Positions 34,356 to 44,447 of a DNA stretch of 64,000 bases are shown piece by piece. Both the position numbers and the translations under genes were made by a program. The stretch is from an uncultured Deinococcaceae bacterium (lineage in GTDB: Bacteria; Deinococcota; Deinococci; Deinococcales; Deinococcaceae). The stretch lies in assembly GCA_964252075.1 (NCBI GenBank), contig CAXULY010000028.1, positions 9,366 to 73,365 of the forward strand. The letters are read 5' to 3'. Numbering within the stretch: position 1 is the stretch's first letter; every line of letters starts with the position of its first letter. The notes below the pieces were generated by a model. It was given only the letters and a program-made list of their open reading frames with translations, did no database searches and was not told where the DNA came from.

Positions 34356-35051
34356 TCAGCGCGCGGCGCGCGCGTGGCGGCCCGGTGCGTCGGTGGGGGT
34401 GTCCTGTGGGGCGTCGTCCAGGGCCACGAAGCGGTACTGCACGGGCGGGCGCGTGAAGCCCCGCCAGACCGTCACGGTCGCCTCCCGGAAAGGCTCGCCG
34501 GTCACGCGCGCGCCGCCCGTGAACTCCAGGGTGGCGCCGCCCAGCCGCACGAGGTTCCCCTGCACGTCCAGCGCGCCCTGGTCGGTGAGGAGCGTGTCGA
34601 AGGGCCGCGTGGTGAGGGCCAGCAGGCGGCAGGTGCGGGCGTGCAGGCTGCGCAGCGGGTTGTGAGGGTGCGCGAAGCGCGTGCTGAGCTGGCGCGGCGC
34701 GCGCTCGTGGTTCACGCGCAGGTGCAGCGCGTACTCGCCGAGGTTGAACTGCAGTTCGCGCAGCGCGCCGCTGTGCGCCGCGCCCGGCGGCGCGGCGCGG
34801 AAGGCGTCCATGAGGGCCTTGCGGCGCTCCGGCACGAGCGGGACGGGCGCGCTCAGCGCCAGCTGATCCGGTTCGCGCAGGCAGTCGAAGTTCCCGCGCA
34901 GGATCAGGCGTTCCGCCGCGAGCAGCGCGCGCTCGCGGCTGTGGTACGTGCCGCCGTCGCTGCGCCCCACGAACAGCCAGCCCTGGGACGCGCGTTCCAG
35001 CCAGCGCGCCTCGACCGTGTAGCGGTCGTGCAGTGCCCAGCGCTCACCCAT
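34356..35051 (-). CDS. hypothetical protein between the T-box and valS
   Basis: 231-aa ORF with host-like codon bias filling the gap; no recognised motif. Confidence 0.65.
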   Translation of the reverse strand: MGERWALHDRYTVEARWLERASQGWLFVGRSDGGTYHSRERALLAAERLILRGNFDCLREPDQLALSAPVPLVPERRKALMDAFRAAPPGAAHSGALRELQFNLGEYALHLRVNHERAPRQLSTRFAHPHNPLRSLHARTCRLLALTTRPFDTLLTDQGALDVQGNLVRLGGATLEFTGGARVTGEPFREATVTVWRGFTRPPVQYRFVALDDAPQDTPTDAPGRHARAAR

Positions 35052-35109
35052 GGCGGCCCCCACGCCCTCGCTTCTGGTGTCCCATGTGCCCCTCCGCCCG
35101 TGCAGAAAC

Positions 35110-35384
35110 AGAAAAACGCCTCGTCCGCGGTGCGCTCCGAAGAGCGTTTCCCTGCGGACGAGGCGAGGTTGCCCCGTGGTACCACCGCATTTCCGAATCC
35201 GGTATGCCGGACGCGGCACTCGTGCGCGCTGTGTCGGGCGCACCCGGAGGGGTCTAGCAGGCCCTGAGGCCCTTCTTCCCTCGCGCTCGCGGGCGACGTT
35301 CTCCGGCTGCACTCCCGGCGCACCCTCTCAGTCGTGGGGCGGCCTTCCTGTGGGCGCTCACCAGGTACTCTTCCCGGTCATCGC
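35110..35384 (-). ncRNA. T-box riboswitch, Val specifier
   Basis: Stem I GATGA...AGTA; GAAC-GTC specifier (35297-35295); T-box AATGCGGTGGTACCACG; terminator CGCCTCGTCCGC...GCGGACGAGGCG-TTTTT; -10 TATACT at 35396-35391. Confidence 0.9.
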
Positions 35385-35509
35385 GCGGTCAGTATACCGC
35401 CCGGCGTCCTACACTGTGGTGTGACCGAGCGACTTCGCTTCCCGGGCGTGGGCGACTCCCCCCGCTCCAGTACACCGCCCGCCCACCGCCCCGCAGGGAC
35501 GCCCGCGCG

Positions 35510-35875
35510 ATGACGCGCCCCCGCATTCAGCACGTGAGCGTTGCGCGCCCGCCCGGCAGTGACGCCCAGGCGCGCGCCTTCTTCGGCGAGGTGCTGGGCC
35601 TCACGGAGGTCCTGCCGCCCGAGTCGCTGCGGCACCTGAACGTCATCTGGTTCCAGCTGGGCAACACCGAACTGCACCTGTTCGTGGGGCCGGGCCCCGC
35701 GCCGGACTCCGGGCAGCACCTGTGCATCGAGGTGGAGGACCTGCCCGCCCTGCGCGCGCGCGTGGAGGGCGCCGGGTACGCCACGCAGGGCGCCGAGGAG
35801 ATCCCCGGCCGCCCGCGCTTCTTCTGCCGCGACCCCTTCGGGAACCTGATGGAGTTCACCACGCTGCTCGGCTGA
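35510..35875 (+). CDS. VOC/glyoxalase family protein
   Basis: IQHVSV, ARAFFGEVLGL, ELHL, QHLCIEV, RDPFGNLMEF. Confidence 0.9.
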   Translation: MTRPRIQHVSVARPPGSDAQARAFFGEVLGLTEVLPPESLRHLNVIWFQLGNTELHLFVGPGPAPDSGQHLCIEVEDLPALRARVEGAGYATQGAEEIPGRPRFFCRDPFGNLMEFTTLLG

Positions 35876-35883
35876 GCGCCGCG

Positions 35884-36510
35884 TCAGTTCAGGGTGCGCT
35901 CCACGCCCTCGCCCGGCCAGTCCGCGCGGAACAGCCAGAGGTTCACGGGGTCACCCTCGCGCCTGTACCACACCCGCACGCCGGAATTCGGGAGCGGCCA
36001 GGGACTCAGCCGGGCGCTGCGCCCCACCGCGAGGCGCGTGATGGGCGCGCCGCCCGCCACCTGCCGCGCGGGCCACCACGCATTCACGCTCGTGGGGCTC
36101 CAGCCCTGCACGGTCAGCGGCCCGCGCCCCACGTTCTTCACGACCGCGCCGCCCGGCTCCAGGTGCAGTTCCAGGTCCGGCAGGTCCGGCGTCTTGAACG
36201 CCGCGAGGCGCTGGCGCAGGCTGGTCGTCAGCGGGCGGCGCGGCGCGGCGCGGTACGACCACGGCAGGTACTCGCCCAGCACCATCAGCGCGATGCCCAC
36301 CCCGATCAGGGGCGGCAGGTCGCTCGCCAGCCCGAAGTACAGCGCGAGCACCCCGGCGGGCACCATCAGCGCCAGGGGCCGCATGCGGCCCAGCAGCCCG
36401 CGACGCTGCCGCCGCGTGACGCCCAGCACCCACGCCAGCAGCATCAGGCTGCACAGCAGCGTGTACAGCAGGTCCGCGGTGCCCTGCGGCAGGGACGTGA
36501 GGCCGCTCAC
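35884..36510 (-). CDS. membrane protein, hypothetical
   Basis: Three N-terminal TM helices plus a soluble beta-rich C-terminus; overlaps the moaB stop. Confidence 0.75.
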   Translation of the reverse strand: MSGLTSLPQGTADLLYTLLCSLMLLAWVLGVTRRQRRGLLGRMRPLALMVPAGVLALYFGLASDLPPLIGVGIALMVLGEYLPWSYRAAPRRPLTTSLRQRLAAFKTPDLPDLELHLEPGGAVVKNVGRGPLTVQGWSPTSVNAWWPARQVAGGAPITRLAVGRSARLSPWPLPNSGVRVWYRREGDPVNLWLFRADWPGEGVERTLN

Positions 36511-37019
36511 CCTTCCTGCCCGTGCCGGAACACCTCGAACACCAGGTGCGGCAGTTCATCCGCGAGGAGCTTCTCCCAGGCGGTCCGCACGGCGTTCAGG
36601 CTGCCGGGCAGCGCGAACAGCAGCGTGCGGCCCGCGAGGCCCCCCACCGCGCGCGACAGCATCGCGGCGCCCCCCACCTCCGGGTAACTGAGCATGCGGA
36701 AGAGTTCCCCGAAGCCCGGCATGGGTTTCGTCAGGAGGGACTCCACCACCGGGATCGTCACGTCCCGCCCCGCGATGCCCGTCCCGCCGCTGGAGATCAC
36801 CACCTGCGCGCCCGGCATCAGTTCGCTGAGCGCCGCGCGGATCTCCGGCGCGTCATCGCGCACGATGCGCGCGCCCGTCACGGTGTGCCCCGCGCCCTCC
36901 AGCGCGGCGCGCAGGTACTGACCGCTGGTGTCCGTCTCGGGCGTGCGGGTGTCGCTGATGGTGAGCACCGCCGCCGTCACGCGGCGCGGGGAGTGTGCGA
37001 GGTGGTCTTCACGGCCCAT
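36507..37019 (-). CDS. moaB: MogA/MoaB molybdenum cofactor biosynthesis protein
   Basis: [39 protein letters not shown]. Confidence 0.92.
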   Translation of the reverse strand: MGREDHLAHSPRRVTAAVLTISDTRTPETDTSGQYLRAALEGAGHTVTGARIVRDDAPEIRAALSELMPGAQVVISSGGTGIAGRDVTIPVVESLLTKPMPGFGELFRMLSYPEVGGAAMLSRAVGGLAGRTLLFALPGSLNAVRTAWEKLLADELPHLVFEVFRHGQEG

Positions 37020-37146
37020 GCCGATTAGCTTACGCCGCCCGGTGCGCGGGGCAGGGAGCGCCGTCACAGAGCGGCGCGCGCCTCAGGCGCCGGGGTCTGT
37101 GCGGCTCAAGCCCTATGCCGCCGCAGCAGCTCCGCCTGGCCTTTGT

Positions 37147-37890
37147 TCAGCGGTCACGGCGCGCCACGAACACCAGCACCCGACCCGTCGAACGGACCGG
37201 CCCGCGCACCCAGTCGCCATACACCCCCACCACCGTGAAGCCCGCCCGCTGCAGGTCACCCACGATCTCTGCCTCACCGCGAAACCGCAGCACGCTGTCC
37301 ACCACCACGTCCTCGCCGCTCTGCGCCCAGACGTTGTGCGCCTGGAACCGCACCCGACCGTCCTCCATGACCGCCGCGTCCAGCCAGCAGGTCAGGCGGC
37401 CATCCGGCGTGTCCATCTCTTCACGCGTCGCGTCGGGCCGCCACGTGAGCCACTCCTGGGCGTCGGGGTTGCGGCTCTCGAACGCCAGGTGCCCACCGGG
37501 CTGCAGCGCTGCGCGCAGCTGCCCCAGGGTGGTGGCCCACACCCCGTCGTCCAGGAACACCTGCGCGACGTTGCCCGTCATGAGCGCCAGGTCCGCGGCG
37601 GGCGTGCCGAGGACGGACGCGTCCCCGTTGGTCCACTGCACGCGCTCCGCGCCCGGCTGCTGGCGCGCCCAGGCCAGCATGGCGGGGGCGGGATCAATGC
37701 CGCGCACGTCGCGCCCCGGGCGCGCGAGTGCACGGGTGAGCAGGCCGGTGCCGCAGCCGAGGTCCAGGATGCGCTGGGCGCCGAGTTCGTCGGCGAGGGC
37801 GAGGTAGAAGTCCGTGTCGATCCCGCGCGGGTTGTCACGGTCGTACAGCGCCACGAGGCGGGGATCGACGTAGTGCAGGTCGAGGTGCAT
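37147..37890 (-). CDS. class I SAM-dependent methyltransferase
   Basis: ILDLGCGTG, GIDPAPAML, LQPGGHLAFE. Confidence 0.92.
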   Translation of the reverse strand: MHLDLHYVDPRLVALYDRDNPRGIDTDFYLALADELGAQRILDLGCGTGLLTRALARPGRDVRGIDPAPAMLAWARQQPGAERVQWTNGDASVLGTPAADLALMTGNVAQVFLDDGVWATTLGQLRAALQPGGHLAFESRNPDAQEWLTWRPDATREEMDTPDGRLTCWLDAAVMEDGRVRFQAHNVWAQSGEDVVVDSVLRFRGEAEIVGDLQRAGFTVVGVYGDWVRGPVRSTGRVLVFVARRDR

Positions 37891-37995
37891 GCCGACACTG
37901 TAGGCGAGGTCCAGCTGGGCGCGGCCTGCGCGTCGCTGGGTCCGGTCCACGGGACGGAGGGCGAGCCACCCGCTTCGCCCTCAGCCGCTCAACCC

Positions 37996-38484
37996 CTAGA
38001 GGCCGCCCTCCACGCCGTTCACGAAGGTGCGCTCCCCGGCCTTCACGGTGACGCGCACGTCGTTGTCGCCGTCCGCCTCGACCGTGCAGGTGGTCACCGA
38101 CTCGGGGCGCTTCCCGAAGTCGCGGTCGCCCACCTCGTCCGCGCGCGTGCAGTCCGGCACCTCCTTCGCGAGGCGCTCCGGGGTGTACATCGGGTCTTCC
38201 GCCATGCGGCCCAGGTACGCGGCGTGCACGTTCGCGCTGTAACCCTGCGCCTGCCGCCACGCGAGTTCCGCCTTGAGGGCGTTCAGCTCACCGCTGCCCG
38301 CGCCCCGCTGCGCCGCCTGCCGCGCCTCACTGAGCTGCGTCTGGAGTTGCTGCACCTGCGCCTGCAGCTGCGCGTTCTGCTGCTTGAGCGTGTCGGCCTC
38401 GCGGTTCTGGCAGGCGGTGAGCGCCACGGGCAGCGCCAGCAGCGGCAGCCATCGGAGCAGGGAGGTCGGAACAGCCATGTCCAT
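37996..38484 (-). CDS. lipoprotein with coiled coil and two-Cys pilin-head-like domain
   Basis: Lipobox LTAC; Q/L heptads; QAQGYSANVHAA...DCT...PESVTTCTV. Confidence 0.75.
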   Translation of the reverse strand: MDMAVPTSLLRWLPLLALPVALTACQNREADTLKQQNAQLQAQVQQLQTQLSEARQAAQRGAGSGELNALKAELAWRQAQGYSANVHAAYLGRMAEDPMYTPERLAKEVPDCTRADEVGDRDFGKRPESVTTCTVEADGDNDVRVTVKAGERTFVNGVEGGL

Positions 38485-38596
38485 CAATGTAGCGTAATTC
38501 CCATTTGTAGGGTATGAGGAGGGCGCGCGGCGATCCTGAAGGCGCTCGTAACCTGCGTTGCGGCCCGCGCTGGCGCACCGCGGTACACTTCCCGGG

Positions 38597-38908
38597 ATGA
38601 CGCGCCGCGATTCCGGCACCCAGCTTCAGGACCGCACCGAACTCGCGCGGCCCCGGCTGTACCGGGTGCTGCTCCTGAACGACGACTTCACACCCATGGA
38701 TTTCGTGGTCATGGTGCTGGCCGCGTACTTCAAGAAAAGCCTCGCGGACGCCGAACGCATCATGCTGGCCGTGCATGAACAGGGCCAGGGCGTCGCGGGC
38801 GTGTACCCGCGCGACATTGCGGAAACCAAAGCCCAGCAGGTGACGCAACACGCGCGCCAGGAAGGACACCCGCTGACGCTCAGCGTGGAACCGGAAGGGG
38901 AGAACTGA
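38597..38908 (+). CDS. clpS: ATP-dependent Clp protease adaptor ClpS
   Basis: YRVLLLNDDFTPMDFVV, MLAVHEQG, DIAETK, HPL. Confidence 0.97.
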   Translation: MTRRDSGTQLQDRTELARPRLYRVLLLNDDFTPMDFVVMVLAAYFKKSLADAERIMLAVHEQGQGVAGVYPRDIAETKAQQVTQHARQEGHPLTLSVEPEGEN

Positions 38909-38909
38909 C

Positions 38910-41168
38910 ATGGCGGGATTCAGTGAGGGTCTGCGCGACGCCCTGGACCGCGCGCTGGAGGCGGCCAGGGAGCGCCGCCACGAATTCGTGACGCAGGAGC
39001 ACCTGCTCCTCGCCCTGACGGACGAGCCCGACGCGCGCGAGGCGCTGCTGGCGGGCGGCGTGGACCTCGCGGACCTGCGCGCGGACCTCGAGGGCTTCAT
39101 GGACACCACCCTCGACACCTCCGGCACCGAGCCGCAGGTGACGCTCGGCGTGCAGCGCGTGGTGCAGGCCGCCGCGTGGCAGCTGCGCAGCGCCGGCAAG
39201 AGCGACGCGCCGCTGGACGGCGCGCGCGTACTCGCGGAGATCCTGGAGGAGGAGGACTCCTTCGCGCGTTACGCGCTGGAACGCCAGGGCCTCACGCGCC
39301 TGGACGTGCTGGCGTACGTGTCGCACGGCAGCGCGAAGGTCACGGGCCGCGCCCGCTCGCGCCGCACGCCGGGCGTGGAGGAGGACGCGGGTGGGGGCGA
39401 GGAGGGCGCCGCGAACCCCCTCGACACCTACTGCGAGAACCTCTCCGCGCGCGCCCGCGAGGGCCGCACCGACCCCCTGATCGGGCGGGACGTGGAGCTG
39501 GAGCGCCTCGTGCACGTGCTCGCGCGCCGCACGAAGAACAACCCGCTGCTGGTCGGTGAGCCAGGCGTCGGCAAGACGGCGCTCGTGGAGGGCCTCGCGG
39601 CGCGCATCGAGGCGAACCAGGTGCCGAAGGTCGTGCGGGGCGCGCAGGTGTACGCCCTCGACATGGGCGCCCTGCTGGCGGGCAGCCGCTACCGCGGCGA
39701 CTTCGAGGAGCGCCTGAAGGCCGTGCTGAACGCCCTGGACGGCGAGAACGCCATCCTGTTCGTGGACGAGATGCACACCATCGTGGGGGCGGGCTCGGTG
39801 CAGGGTGGCTCGCTGGACGCCGCGAACCTTCTGAAGCCCGCCCTGGCGCGCGGGGAGCTGCGCGTGATCGGCGCGACCACCCCGCAGGAACTGCGTCACC
39901 TGCAGCAGGACCGCGCCCTGTGGCGGCGCTTCCAGAGCGTGGACGTGCCGGAACCCAGCGAGGAGGACGCTGTGGCGATCCTGCGCGGCCTCCTGCCCGC
40001 CTACGCCAAGCACCACGGCGTGACGTACACGGACGCCGCCCTGCAGGCCGCCGTGAAGCTCAGCGCGCGCTACATCCGCGACCGCTTCCTGCCGGACAAG
40101 GCCATTGACGTGCTGGACGAGGCGGGCGCGGGCCGCAGCAGCAAGGGCGAGGGTGGCGAGATCACGGAGCGCGACATCGAGGCGGTCGTGGCGCGCATGG
40201 CGCGCGTGCCCGTCGGTGAGGTGAAGGCCAGCGAGCAGCAGGGCCTCGCCACCCTGGAGCGCGACCTCGCCGCGGCCGTGTACGGCCAGGACGAGGCGGT
40301 GAAGTTGCTCTCCAGCAGCGTGAAGCTTGCCCGCGCGGGCCTGCGCGAGCCGCAGAAACCGCAGGGCAGTTTCCTGTTCGCGGGGCCCACGGGCGTCGGC
40401 AAGACCGAACTCGCGCGCACGCTCGCGCGGGTGCTGGGCGTGCAGCTCATCCGCTTCGACATGAGCGAGTACCAGGAGCCGCACACCGTCGCGCGCCTCA
40501 TCGGGGCGCCCCCCGGCTACGTGGGCTTCGACCAGGGCGGCCTGCTCACGGACGCCGTCGCGAAGAACCCGCACGCAGTGCTGCTGCTCGACGAGATCGA
40601 GAAGGCCCATCCGGACGTGTACAACCTGTTCCTGCAGCTCATGGACCACGGCACCGTCACGGACCACACGGGCAAGGTGGTGGACGGGCGCGGCCTCGTC
40701 ATCATCTTCACCACCAACGCGGGCGCCGCCGAGGCGAGCCGCCCCGCGCTGGGCTTCGGGCGCACGGGCCGCGCGGGCGAGAGCGAGGACGCCGTCACGC
40801 GGCAGTTCACGCCGGAGTTCCGCAACCGCCTGGACGCCGTCATTCACTTCCGCCCCCTCGCGCCGGAGGTCATGCGGCAGGTGGTGGACAAGTTCGTGGC
40901 GGAACTGGAAGGGCAGCTCGCGGAGAAGAACGTCAGGCTGAGCGTGACGGACGACGCGCGCGCCCTCCTCGCGCGCCTCGGGTACGACCCGCAGCTTGGC
41001 GCGCGGCCCCTCGCGCGCGTGATCAGCGAGCGCGTGAAGCGCCCCCTCGCGGACGAGCTGCTGTTCGGGCAGTTGCAGGGCGGCGGCAGCGTCACCGTGG
41101 ACGCCCAGGCGGGCGAGCTGCACTTCGGGTACGGCGCGACCCACGTCAGCCTGCTCGACAAGAACTGA
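38910..41168 (+). CDS. clpA: Clp protease ATP-binding subunit ClpA
   Basis: Two AAA+ domains ([16 protein letters not shown]), no M-domain, ALGF loop, follows clpS. Confidence 0.95.
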   Translation: MAGFSEGLRDALDRALEAARERRHEFVTQEHLLLALTDEPDAREALLAGGVDLADLRADLEGFMDTTLDTSGTEPQVTLGVQRVVQAAAWQLRSAGKSDAPLDGARVLAEILEEEDSFARYALERQGLTRLDVLAYVSHGSAKVTGRARSRRTPGVEEDAGGGEEGAANPLDTYCENLSARAREGRTDPLIGRDVELERLVHVLARRTKNNPLLVGEPGVGKTALVEGLAARIEANQVPKVVRGAQVYALDMGALLAGSRYRGDFEERLKAVLNALDGENAILFVDEMHTIVGAGSVQGGSLDAANLLKPALARGELRVIGATTPQELRHLQQDRALWRRFQSVDVPEPSEEDAVAILRGLLPAYAKHHGVTYTDAALQAAVKLSARYIRDRFLPDKAIDVLDEAGAGRSSKGEGGEITERDIEAVVARMARVPVGEVKASEQQGLATLERDLAAAVYGQDEAVKLLSSSVKLARAGLREPQKPQGSFLFAGPTGVGKTELARTLARVLGVQLIRFDMSEYQEPHTVARLIGAPPGYVGFDQGGLLTDAVAKNPHAVLLLDEIEKAHPDVYNLFLQLMDHGTVTDHTGKVVDGRGLVIIFTTNAGAAEASRPALGFGRTGRAGESEDAVTRQFTPEFRNRLDAVIHFRPLAPEVMRQVVDKFVAELEGQLAEKNVRLSVTDDARALLARLGYDPQLGARPLARVISERVKRPLADELLFGQLQGGGSVTVDAQAGELHFGYGATHVSLLDKN

Positions 41169-41175
41169 GTGCGGT

Positions 41176-41206
41176 GGTGAGGGGCGGCGCGCCGCCGCCC
41201 CTCACC
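41176..41206 (+). terminator. terminator after clpA
   Basis: GGTGAGGGGCGGCG-cgc-CGCCGCCCCTCACC then GCTGTTT. Confidence 0.75.
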
Positions 41207-41249
41207 GCTGTTTCACGGGGCATCAGGATGGATGAGCTAGACCGGGGGC

Positions 41250-42044
41250 ATGAAGCGATTCCTGCTGCCCGCCCTGAGTGCCCTGCTCACCACCGCCCTC
41301 GCCGCCGCGCCCACCCTGCCGCAGGCGCCGGGCGGCAGCAGCAGCAGCTTCGTGCTGCGCTCCGGCCAGCCGGACCTCGCGTGGACCATCTGCGACGCGG
41401 TGAACCAGCCGCAGGTGATCGTGGTGGGCCAGCCGGACGCGGCGGGCCGGACGGAAGTCACGACCTTCAGCAAGGCCGCGGCGGGCGCGTACAGCTACCA
41501 GGCGTTCGTGCTGGGTCAGGCGGACCCCGGCGCGGGGCAGGTGTACTACAGCCTCACGCCCCGCACGGGCGACGCGAAGGCGCAGCCCGGCAACGTGCAC
41601 GCCGTGAACCCCGGCATGCTGGATCAGCCGCGCCAAATCCTGACGCCGCCCGTGACCAGCGTGCAGCTGCCCGGTCAAGCTGCCGCGCAGTGCCGCTGGG
41701 TGCCGGGCCTGCGCGCGCTGGGCTTCACCGCGCGGCGCAGCTTCACCATCACGCAAGACGCGAACGGGCGCCTCACCTACCAGAGCTTCGATGACAGCGC
41801 CGCGCCCGGCGTGCGCGTCGTGCAGCGCGGCGGCGTGGGGGCCACCACCACACCCAGTCAGACCGTCACGGGCGGGCACGCGCGCAGCACGGCGGGCGCC
41901 ACCACCTTCACCTTCACGAACGACGGCTTCACGTACACCGTGCGCCTCGGGAACAGCGGGGACGGCAGCCTCAGCGTCTCGCGCGGCGGGCGCACCGTGC
42001 AGACCGAACGCCTGAACGGCTACACCCTCGCGGTGCCCCGCTGA
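41250..42044 (+). CDS. secreted beta-rich hypothetical protein
   Basis: Signal peptide MKRFLLPALS...ALA; two Cys; no recognised domain. Confidence 0.75.
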   Translation: MKRFLLPALSALLTTALAAAPTLPQAPGGSSSSFVLRSGQPDLAWTICDAVNQPQVIVVGQPDAAGRTEVTTFSKAAAGAYSYQAFVLGQADPGAGQVYYSLTPRTGDAKAQPGNVHAVNPGMLDQPRQILTPPVTSVQLPGQAAAQCRWVPGLRALGFTARRSFTITQDANGRLTYQSFDDSAAPGVRVVQRGGVGATTTPSQTVTGGHARSTAGATTFTFTNDGFTYTVRLGNSGDGSLSVSRGGRTVQTERLNGYTLAVPR

Positions 42045-42097
42045 CCGAACCATGGAGAAGGGCAGCGCCGCACGCTGCGGGACTCTAGGCTGGGCGC

Positions 42098-42634
42098 GTG
42101 ACCGAACCCACCGCACCACCGCCCGCCCTGCTGCGCCACATCCGCTCGGATGACCTGCCCGTCATGTGGCGCTGGATTTACGGCGACCCGAACCCCGAGT
42201 GGAAACGCTGGGACGCCCCCTACTGGCCGCTGTCGTTCGTGCCGGAAGCCCTGTTCATTGAGCAGGCGCTCGCGCGCGTGGACGGCTCGTGGCGCACCAT
42301 TGAGCTGGGCGGCGCGCCGCGCGGCATCGTGACGCGCCACTGGGAGGACGAGCCCGCCGGGTGGCTGGAAGTCGGCATCGTCATCTACGACCCGGCGTGG
42401 TGGAGCGGCGGGCACGGCAGCGCCGCGCTGCGCGAGTGGACGGGTCGTTGCTTCGAGGAGACGCCCGCGCACACCGTCACCCTCAGCACCTGGGGCGGCA
42501 ACGAACGCATGGTGCGCGCCGCGCGCCGCGTGGGGTACGCCGAGTGCGCCCGCGTGCGCGAGGCGCGCCTGTGGGACGGGCGGCGCTGGGACAGTGTGCG
42601 CATGCAGGTCCTCCGCGAGGACTGGGCGGGCTGA
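42098..42634 (+). CDS. GNAT (RimJ/RimL-like) N-acetyltransferase
   Basis: EWKRWDAPY, LEVGIVIYDPAWWSGGHG, TWGGNERM. Confidence 0.88.
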   Translation: MTEPTAPPPALLRHIRSDDLPVMWRWIYGDPNPEWKRWDAPYWPLSFVPEALFIEQALARVDGSWRTIELGGAPRGIVTRHWEDEPAGWLEVGIVIYDPAWWSGGHGSAALREWTGRCFEETPAHTVTLSTWGGNERMVRAARRVGYAECARVREARLWDGRRWDSVRMQVLREDWAG

Positions 42635-42645
42635 GGCGCCCGCGC

Positions 42646-43155
42646 TCAGCCCGCCCAGTCCTCGGCGCGCAGCGTGAACCGCTGCACGGGCGTCCAGGCG
42701 TCCTGGTACATCTCCAGGTGCCCGGCGGCGCCCGCCGCCTGAAAACCGAGTTTCGCCATCAGGCGCAGCGAGCGCGCGTTGCTGGCGTGCACCTCCGCGC
42801 GAATCACGCCCAGTCCAAGCGTCCCGAAGCCGTGCGTGAGCATCGCGCGGCCCGCCCGCACGCCCAGCCCCTGCCCCCACAGCGCGCGCTCCCCGAGGAT
42901 GATTCCGAACTCCGCGGAGTGCGCGTTCAGGTCCGCGAGGTCCACGTACCCCACGAGCGCGCCCGCCCACTCCACGCCGAGGCGCAGGAAGCCCGGCTCG
43001 CCGCCCGCCAGGATCGGCGCGAACCACGCCGCGAGCGCCCGCTCGCTCAGGCCCACCCGCCAGCCCGCCGCGCGGCAGAACACCTCGTCCGCCGCCCAGC
43101 GCGTGATGGTGCCGAGGTCACTGGCGTGCAGGGGGCGCAGGCGCACATCCGTCAT
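42646..43155 (-). CDS. GNAT (RimJ/RimL-like) N-acetyltransferase
   Basis: AEFGIILGERALWGQGLG, NARSLRLMAKLGF. Confidence 0.88.
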   Translation of the reverse strand: MTDVRLRPLHASDLGTITRWAADEVFCRAAGWRVGLSERALAAWFAPILAGGEPGFLRLGVEWAGALVGYVDLADLNAHSAEFGIILGERALWGQGLGVRAGRAMLTHGFGTLGLGVIRAEVHASNARSLRLMAKLGFQAAGAAGHLEMYQDAWTPVQRFTLRAEDWAG

Positions 43156-43174
43156 CTCGTGACAGACTACCCGC

Positions 43175-44350
43175 ATGCCTGAAGCGCGTCCGTACGCCGC
43201 CGCCACCCTCGCCGCCCGCGCCGGGGAGGAAGCCACCCCCAACGCCAGCCGCCCCCTGGTGGAGCCCATCTACCAGACGACCGTGTACGCCTTCCCGGAC
43301 CTCGACGCGCTGGAAGCCACCATGTCCGGCCAGCAGCCCGCGAGTTTCTACTACCGCAATGGCACCCCGAACGCCACCACCCTGGAGCGCGCCATCGCGG
43401 TGCTGGAGCGCACCGAGGCGGCGCTCGCCGCGGCGAGCGGCATGGCGGCCATCAGCGCCGCGCTGCTCGGCGTGCTGAAGGCCGGCGATCACCTCATCAC
43501 GGACGAGCGCGTGTACGGCATCACGGACGCGCTGCTGCGCGAGGAGTTCCCGCGCCTCGGCATCACCGTGAGTTTCGTGGACGCCACGGACCTCGCGGCG
43601 GTGGAGGCGGCGTGGCAGGACAACACGCGCGCCCTGCACGTGGAGAGCCTCACGAACCCCCTCCTGACCGTGCCGGACCTGCCGCGCCTCGCGGCGTTCG
43701 CGCACGCGCGCGGCGCCGTCCTGAGCGTGGACAGCACCTTCACCAGCCCCGCCCTGCTGCGCCCCGCCGAGCACGGTGCGGACCTCGTGACGCACTCCCT
43801 CAGCAAGTACCTGAGCGGGCACAGCAACGCCTTCGGCGGGGTGGTGGCGGGCCGCGCGGACCTCGTCGCGGCGGCCCGCACGCGCCTCATGCGGCTGGGC
43901 GGCACGGTCAGCGCCATGGACGCCTGGCTCACCATGCAGGGCCTCAAGACGCTCCCGCTGCGCATGCGCGCGCACGCGCAGAACGCCCAGGCGGTCGCGG
44001 ACGTGCTGCAGGGCCACGAGCGCGTGCGCCACGTGCACTTCCCCGGCCTCACCAGCCACCCGCAGTACGAGGTCGCGGAGCGCCTCTACCCGGACGGCTT
44101 CACCGGCATGCTGTCCCTGGAGGTCGAGGACGCGCCCGCCTTCGTGCGCGCCCTCTCGGGCCGCATTCCGCTCGCGCCGAGCCTCGCGGACGTGTCCAGC
44201 ACCCTCAGCCACCCGTGGAGCACCTCGCACCGCGCCCTCACCGAGGAGAGCCGCCGCCGCCTCGGCATCACGCCGGACCTCCTGCGCCTCTCCGTGGGCA
44301 TCGAGGACATCGCGGACCTGCTGACGGACCTGGAGGGCGCGCTCGCCTGA
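43175..44350 (+). CDS. Cys/Met metabolism PLP enzyme (cystathionine gamma-synthase/lyase family)
   Basis: [44 protein letters not shown]. Confidence 0.92.
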   Translation: MPEARPYAAATLAARAGEEATPNASRPLVEPIYQTTVYAFPDLDALEATMSGQQPASFYYRNGTPNATTLERAIAVLERTEAALAAASGMAAISAALLGVLKAGDHLITDERVYGITDALLREEFPRLGITVSFVDATDLAAVEAAWQDNTRALHVESLTNPLLTVPDLPRLAAFAHARGAVLSVDSTFTSPALLRPAEHGADLVTHSLSKYLSGHSNAFGGVVAGRADLVAAARTRLMRLGGTVSAMDAWLTMQGLKTLPLRMRAHAQNAQAVADVLQGHERVRHVHFPGLTSHPQYEVAERLYPDGFTGMLSLEVEDAPAFVRALSGRIPLAPSLADVSSTLSHPWSTSHRALTEESRRRLGITPDLLRLSVGIEDIADLLTDLEGALA

Positions 44351-44447
44351 GTATGGGGCGGTGGGCGCCAGGCCGCGCCGCGCTCCGGCTTCGGCACCAA
44401 GAAAGGTCACGGCTCGGGGGCAAACCCCTGAGCCGTGACCCTCCGCT

